Part shown: positions 59,490-64,000 of the stretch, piece after piece
Position numbering within the stretch: the stretch's first letter is position 1
How the letters are laid out: every line of letters starts with the position of its first letter
Origin: an uncultured Candidatus Saccharibacteria bacterium
GTDB lineage: Bacteria > Patescibacteriota > Minisyncoccia > Phycocordibacterales > UBA9973
Reading direction: 5' to 3'
Assembly (NCBI GenBank): GCA_964646765.1
Contig: CAZYIA010000004.1
Location: forward strand, 13,887-77,886
DNA length: 64,000 nt
Notes under the pieces: generated by a model
Database searches by the model: none
Told to the model about the DNA's origin: nothing
Seen by the model: the letters and a program-made list of their open reading frames with translations, nothing else
Program-made: the position numbers and the translations under genes

Positions 59490-59965
59490 GTGGCACCATA
59501 AAGAGTCCATGTGCCATCATACCACCAGCCATGGTGGCGACCACCGTCCGCCCGTGTGCCACCAACGCTCCGGCCTTATGCCAAAACGCCACCTGTCCGC
59601 AGATCCGCCACCGTGCTCTGCAAAAACGCCCCTTTTGTCATGCGCAAACGCCACCTGAAGACGCCAAGGCGCCACTTTGGTTATGCGTCCACGCCACCAC
59701 GCCGCACGCAAGTCACGGATTTTTCAGTATATTGTCAGGTTGTAACCTTGGGACTGTGTTGGAATTCCACAAACAGCCGTTGTTGTCGTCTTGCAGAGAT
59801 GCCGGCAATTCCCGCCCTCGCCACACCGGGTAACAGCGGTGGCGGTTTGGCATACGATCCGGGTATGCCCAGCACAAATGGTGGCTGTTTTGCATACGGT
59901 TGATGTATTGCAGATATGGCCGGACGGCTGTCGCATACCAACCCTGTGCATCGGGTATGCCAACC
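59490..59965. repeat. putative oriV: clustered (C)GCCACC-type repeats and GCATAC/GTATGC inverted motifs
   Basis: About ten GCCAC(C)-like motifs in 59490-59830, then gcatac...gtatgc pairs in 59850-59960, all upstream of rep. Confidence 0.6.
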
Positions 59966-59980
59966 GGTACACTACGGGCC

Positions 59981-60460
59981 ATGGCCGAGATCAAGGATCC
60001 ACGCGGAAAGCTTCTTCTGGGAGAGGCGGTCAGACTGCTCGTGCAGTCCGGCGCCTCCGGCGTGGCAATCACCGATTTCATCAACGAATACTCGGAGATC
60101 ATCAAGAGCGCCCTGGTCGAACAGCAGCCCCCCGTCTCCGACCTGAAGAGCCAGATGAAAGAAGCCGTCAGGGAAGTGTTGCATGAGCTCGCGCCACCCG
60201 CCAAACGCAGTGGCCCCGAAAAGCGCAGACGAATTCAGGTCATCGTTGACGGCACGAGGACGTCTTTGACATTGCACGCCAGCCTGCTTGCAAAGACCGT
60301 GGAGATCCTTGGCACGAACAAGCAGGCACGCCAGCTCGTGAACGAACTGGCGAACTCCAAGCCGGCCGATCACCCCAATCGTTCAGCCTGGGTCGAGGAG
60401 CAACTAAAACATCATCTGCTCCTCGTCAGAGCCGAGGCCGCCACGAAGACGGCGCACTGA
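59981..60460 (+). CDS. hypothetical protein, possibly DNA-binding
   Basis: C-terminal RIQV.VDG.RTSLTL...NRS.WVEE segment; divergent from rep. Confidence 0.65.
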   Translation: MAEIKDPRGKLLLGEAVRLLVQSGASGVAITDFINEYSEIIKSALVEQQPPVSDLKSQMKEAVREVLHELAPPAKRSGPEKRRRIQVIVDGTRTSLTLHASLLAKTVEILGTNKQARQLVNELANSKPADHPNRSAWVEEQLKHHLLLVRAEAATKTAH

Positions 60461-60482
60461 GGCGGCTCCCAGTTTTGCAAAG

Positions 60483-60527
60483 AAAAACCCTGCCGCGAAC
60501 GAGTCGCAGACGCAGGGTGGGAGGTTA
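60483..60527 (-). terminator. terminator hairpin, member of the dispersed family
   Basis: Minus strand reads accctgc-gtc-tgcg-actcgtt-cgcg-gcagggt-tttt. Confidence 0.7.
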
Positions 60528-60563
60528 CTTTGACAAAAGCAATCGATGCGGCATCTTGTCTGC

Positions 60564-60782
60564 TCAGAACTCACCCCATTCCCGCAGGTAATAAGCGACA
60601 CCCTCGTCGCTCAACCCCACTGAAAACAGGCGTTCACGCGCCCCCCAGGCATCACCGTCAAAGAACAGGCGGTGCGCCTCGGCAACGGCGTTCTCGGCCG
60701 TCGACCGCGCCGCCTTGAGACGCGCTGCGCGGGCAGCGGGCGAATGATAGGCGGCGTATTCCTCCTGGCTCTGCATTTCCAT
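60564..60782 (-). CDS. small hypothetical protein
   Basis: AAGGGG RBS; 72 aa. Confidence 0.5.
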   Translation of the reverse strand: MEMQSQEEYAAYHSPAARAARLKAARSTAENAVAEAHRLFFDGDAWGARERLFSVGLSDEGVAYYLREWGEF

Positions 60783-60868
60783 TACCCCTTTCTTCCGTCA
60801 CCAGGTCTTTCTCCACCATGGAGAACCAACCTTGTATCCGGCAAGCGGCTGCGCGAATGCGGTTTTCC

Positions 60869-60910
60869 AAAGAAAAGCCCGCCGGAACGAATCCAGACGC
60901 GGGCATGGGG
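60869..60910 (-). terminator. terminator hairpin, member of the dispersed family
   Basis: Minus strand reads gcccg-cgt-ctgg-attcgtt-ccgg-cgggc-ttttcttt. Confidence 0.7.
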
Positions 60911-60913
60911 AAA

Positions 60914-62581
60914 TTACTGTTGAACCGGGTGCTCGACGACGGAATAGCCGCCATTCGGGTCAACTGTCAGCATGAACGACTTTCCTTGAAGCGAAGGGTA
61001 GTCGCGCAGGGAGACGGCCCGCTCGCCAAGAAGCCCGGAAAGAATCTCCGCAGGCGGCATGCCGCGCAGCTCCTGGATCTTCCTTTGCAGGGCGCTCCAG
61101 TCGCTTTCCATGTCGTCCTCTTCCCATCGGTCTTCGCTCATGTAGCTTGAGACCTGCTGGACTGCCCAACCACTCGCCGGTGCCTCGCGAGGCACCAGAA
61201 AACGACTCCCGTCATACAGCACGGTATCGGCAATGATCACGCTATCGGTCCAGCCGCCAGTCTCGGACGCCACGCTGATCGTGAATGATTCGCACAGAAC
61301 CACCGGAACGGACCAGACATACGCGCCGTTCATCGTGCCCTCGCCGTACGCACCCGTTTCGGTCACCTTCGTGGCCCGGAAGTCGAGGGTCCGTACATGC
61401 TTGTGCGCCCAGTGTCCGGCATCGAACCAGCGCCGGCTCACCAGCAGCGCCTTGCGCGCATGAGCGTAATTCCACGTCGCGATCGAATCATCATCTGCAT
61501 CGACGTCATCAAGGAGCTCAAGCAACAGCACCTTGCCGTCAATGACATCCTGCATCGCGACGTGATTCTCGGGATGATGCGCGAACCAATCCCACTCGTG
61601 GGCAAGAAACGGCTGCTCGACGAAGCGCTCCACCGCTTTGCGCGGAAGCAGGGCAATGTCGTTCAGGAAATCCCGCCCGTAGTGCTCAATCGCACTCCAG
61701 AACTGTTCGAGGAACTCCGTAGGCGGCAGGCTTGCTTTTTTCTCGATCAACAATTGACGCCAGGACGCACGAATAACGGCATCGACTTGCTTGATGCACT
61801 CTTCCGTATCGAGGAGAACATCCCGGTCGGGCATGCGCGCGACAAATTTCGTCGGATCGAGATGCACCACGACAGCCCGTTCATCGGAGCCGTAGTACCC
61901 CCGCCTTTCGTCAACCCTGAAACCCTGCAGGTACAGAAGCGTTCGCAAGCAGACGTTGCCATCATCGAGCCCGGGAATCGAGACGAGCCCGACGTCCGTA
62001 TGGACGAAACGGCGATCCGCCGCGTCGATGGCATGGCTGCGCGGCATTTCTTCGCCATCGAGGAACACGCGAACCGGGAATCCACGTGAAAACTCGCGGA
62101 TTGCCTGTTTCGTTTCGTGGGCCCTCAACTTGAGACCGTGCAACACCAGTCTCGTACCGGATTTTTCGGTGCTTTCCAGGTGAACCATTACCGGCACAGA
62201 CCGAAAACCAAGTACCTCGTCCGACTTGAATGCCACGCGGAAGCCGCGGGATTCGATTTCCATTGCATCGGTTGCGTACAGCGCGGAGAGAAACCCCATC
62301 CCGTACGGCAACCGTTCGGCAATCACTTCCGCCGACCAGCCACTTTCCGCGACCGACAACAGCACTGCCATATCGGTGATGCCGCAGCCGTCGTCGACGA
62401 TCTCGGCTGTGACTGTGTCGCCGTCTTCTTCGATCGTGATGCGGACTTCGGTTGCGCCGGCGCGGTCGCTGTTTTGCAGAAGCTCCTTCCACAAAGTCGT
62501 CTTCGTGGTAAAGGCGTGCTTCAGGCCGTTCATCAGCCCTCTTTCGTTGACCTTGAGGGTGATTTCGTTGACTGCATTCAT
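60914..62581 (-). CDS. GHKL (HATPase_c)-domain ATP-binding protein
   Basis: ELLQNS.RAGA, DDGCGI, YGMGFLS, GTRL motifs; AGGAG RBS. Confidence 0.85.
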   Translation of the reverse strand: MNAVNEITLKVNERGLMNGLKHAFTTKTTLWKELLQNSDRAGATEVRITIEEDGDTVTAEIVDDGCGITDMAVLLSVAESGWSAEVIAERLPYGMGFLSALYATDAMEIESRGFRVAFKSDEVLGFRSVPVMVHLESTEKSGTRLVLHGLKLRAHETKQAIREFSRGFPVRVFLDGEEMPRSHAIDAADRRFVHTDVGLVSIPGLDDGNVCLRTLLYLQGFRVDERRGYYGSDERAVVVHLDPTKFVARMPDRDVLLDTEECIKQVDAVIRASWRQLLIEKKASLPPTEFLEQFWSAIEHYGRDFLNDIALLPRKAVERFVEQPFLAHEWDWFAHHPENHVAMQDVIDGKVLLLELLDDVDADDDSIATWNYAHARKALLVSRRWFDAGHWAHKHVRTLDFRATKVTETGAYGEGTMNGAYVWSVPVVLCESFTISVASETGGWTDSVIIADTVLYDGSRFLVPREAPASGWAVQQVSSYMSEDRWEEDDMESDWSALQRKIQELRGMPPAEILSGLLGERAVSLRDYPSLQGKSFMLTVDPNGGYSVVEHPVQQ

Positions 62582-62834
62582 GTTTGACTCCTGATGCAAG
62601 GTCAGGAAGACCGCCTTCCCGATACCGCCTTGCAGCAGAGCCAGCCGTTGTCCGCGAAGAGGTTTCCGTCTGCCTGGCAGAGTGGCGGGGTTGCTTTGGA
62701 ATCACTGGCGCCTTTCAATTGGAATGGGTGGCTGGTTTGAAGCCGAGCCGGTGGCTGGGTTGGATTGGAAACGCTGGCTGGAATGGTGTGGAATATGCGG
62801 CTGCGATGCCGCACGGCCCTGGACGGCGCGCATG

Positions 62835-62870
62835 AAAAAAGCCCATCCAACCGAAGTTGTGATGGGCTTT
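62835..62870 (-). terminator. intrinsic terminator
   Basis: Minus strand reads aaagcccatc-a-caac-ttcg-gttg-gatgggctttttt. Confidence 0.7.
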
Positions 62871-62895
62871 GAGGGGATCCGCCAAAGCGGAGAAT

Positions 62896-63036
62896 TCAGG
62901 CGCTGTGTAGTCCGGAACCGCGATCATGACTCGCCGGACGCTCCCGTTTGCGCAGGAACAAAGCGAAAATCGTGATGCCCGCAGCACCCAGAACCATCAC
63001 CAGCAAGCCAAGGCCAAGTCCTGTGACGAGACTCAT
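62896..63036 (-). CDS. 46-aa single-TM peptide (not in the ORF track)
   Basis: MSLVTGLGLGLLVMVLGAAGITIFALFLRKRERPASHDRGSGLHSA; ATGA overlap with the upstream ORF. Confidence 0.6.
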   Translation of the reverse strand: MSLVTGLGLGLLVMVLGAAGITIFALFLRKRERPASHDRGSGLHSA

Positions 63037-63248
63037 GATTCATCTCCTTGTTCGTCCTGGAGGGATTCTAGGATAAACGCCAGCACCTGCAAACCGAGCC
63101 AGGCGCATGCTCCGAAAAGCAGAGCCAAACCGTTGCCTTGATGATAGCCGACCGCAGCCGAAGCCGCAGCCGCGCCCCATGAAGCACGTCGAAACTCCTT
63201 GGCGGTAGCTTCGAGTGCCTTGACGTTGAAGTGGAACCTCAGTGCCAT
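63033..63248 (-). CDS. small two-TM membrane protein
   Basis: 71 aa; starts 6 nt after the upstream stop. Confidence 0.6.
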   Translation of the reverse strand: MALRFHFNVKALEATAKEFRRASWGAAAASAAVGYHQGNGLALLFGACAWLGLQVLAFILESLQDEQGDES

Positions 63249-63254
63249 GACCGT

Positions 63255-64000
63255 TCACCAGGCGCCGGCGTCGTCAGGCAACCGGAAGTCGCCGGCGATA
63301 TCCGCGATGATGCTGCGGGTGTCGTCCTCGAAAGACGAGTCGTCTTCAACCCATTCGGAATCATCCAAACGCGCGGCAGACGGACTTGCTTTCTTCGGCT
63401 TCGCAACGGGTGCGACTGCTTGAGGCTGCGGTTGCGCCTGCGCCGGTTCGCTTTGCACCATGAGCCTGGGGAAACCCTTGGCAGCCAGCTCTGCCGGATT
63501 CATGATCCGATCGACAACCACGCGCAAGGCAATCGACTGCACGTCGTCGATCTTGCCGCGCACGGGGAGCGTTTTGAGGATGCCTTCGAGCACAGTGGCG
63601 ACTTCCTTGATCCTCGGATTCAGGAACGCAAGGCTGGCTGCCTTGCGCTGGATCTGGCCGAGCACACCGGAAATTGCCGCGGTGAACACGTGCTTGCCGG
63701 GATCCTTCACGCCCATGTCTCTGATCATGTCGCTGAATTCCTTCAACGCCTGACCCGACATGCCTTCGAGCTCTTCGTCGAGACCAGCTGCAGCCTGAAC
63801 CTGCTCGGCGGTCAGCTGAAATCCCGCGTACGCGAAGTGGAAGCCGCGCTCCAGCTCGTCAGACGAATAGGCCAGGCGACGAATCGCGTCGGCCTCATCC
63901 GGATTACGAGCGGCCCACTGCTGGTTCATCGCCGGGAACGCCTCGATGAAAGCAGTAGTCTTCTGCTTGAACCTGGTCTCAAACTGCACCAGCTTCTGCA
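63255..64000 (-). CDS. DUF3150-like protein, 5' end outside the window
   Basis: F...K.AFI......W...NP..A..IR.....F.F pattern seen in ICE/plasmid DUF3150 proteins. Confidence 0.65.
   Translation of the reverse strand, partial: QKLVQFETRFKQKTTAFIEAFPAMNQQWAARNPDEADAIRRLAYSSDELERGFHFAYAGFQLTAEQVQAAAGLDEELEGMSGQALKEFSDMIRDMGVKDPGKHVFTAAISGVLGQIQRKAASLAFLNPRIKEVATVLEGILKTLPVRGKIDDVQSIALRVVVDRIMNPAELAAKGFPRLMVQSEPAQAQPQPQAVAPVAKPKKASPSAARLDDSEWVEDDSSFEDDTRSIIADIAGDFRLPDDAGAW

Noticed and set aside
28114-60910. Dispersed hairpin family as integron attC sites or CRISPR repeats
   Set aside because: There are no RYYYAAC/GTTRRRY ends, no integrase or cas genes, and no regular spacing. The T-tails indicate terminators.
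1-64000. Relaxase/TraI, integrase, tRNA, rRNA
   Set aside because: No HUH/HD relaxase, recombinase or structural-RNA signature was recognised. These may lie outside the window, so oriT cannot be assigned.

Overview
A GC-rich segment of a large conjugative plasmid, probably from a proteobacterium (host is inferred, not shown). From left to right it holds: a lipoprotein cluster; a near-complete F-type (MPF-F) T4SS region on the minus strand (traG, H, F, N, trbC, traU, W, trbI, S26 peptidase, traC, V, dsbC, traB, K, E, L, A, OmpA-like, lytic transglycosylase); a divergent ERF-recombinase plus coupling-protein (traD-like) unit; an OprB-porin/MCP cargo pair; a truncated RHS/YD protein; a type I restriction-modification operon with three interleaved accessory genes; an RNase H with degenerate catalytic residues; small hypothetical gene modules; an SDR and a RecG-like helicase; an intact ISL3 element with passenger ORFs (IRs and 8-bp TSD visible); a Rep_3-type initiator with an adjacent repeat-rich origin-like region; a GHKL-ATPase protein; and a partial DUF3150-like gene. 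I saw no relaxase, rRNA, tRNA or CRISPR array. The most unusual signals are non-coding: a dispersed family of at least six terminator-like hairpins sharing a bulge and loop sequence, two arrays of GNA-triloop minihairpins, a perfect 17-bp inverted repeat at the tra/traD divergence point, and a promoter-terminator-bounded sRNA candidate next to rep. All family assignments come from motif recognition by eye, without database searches.
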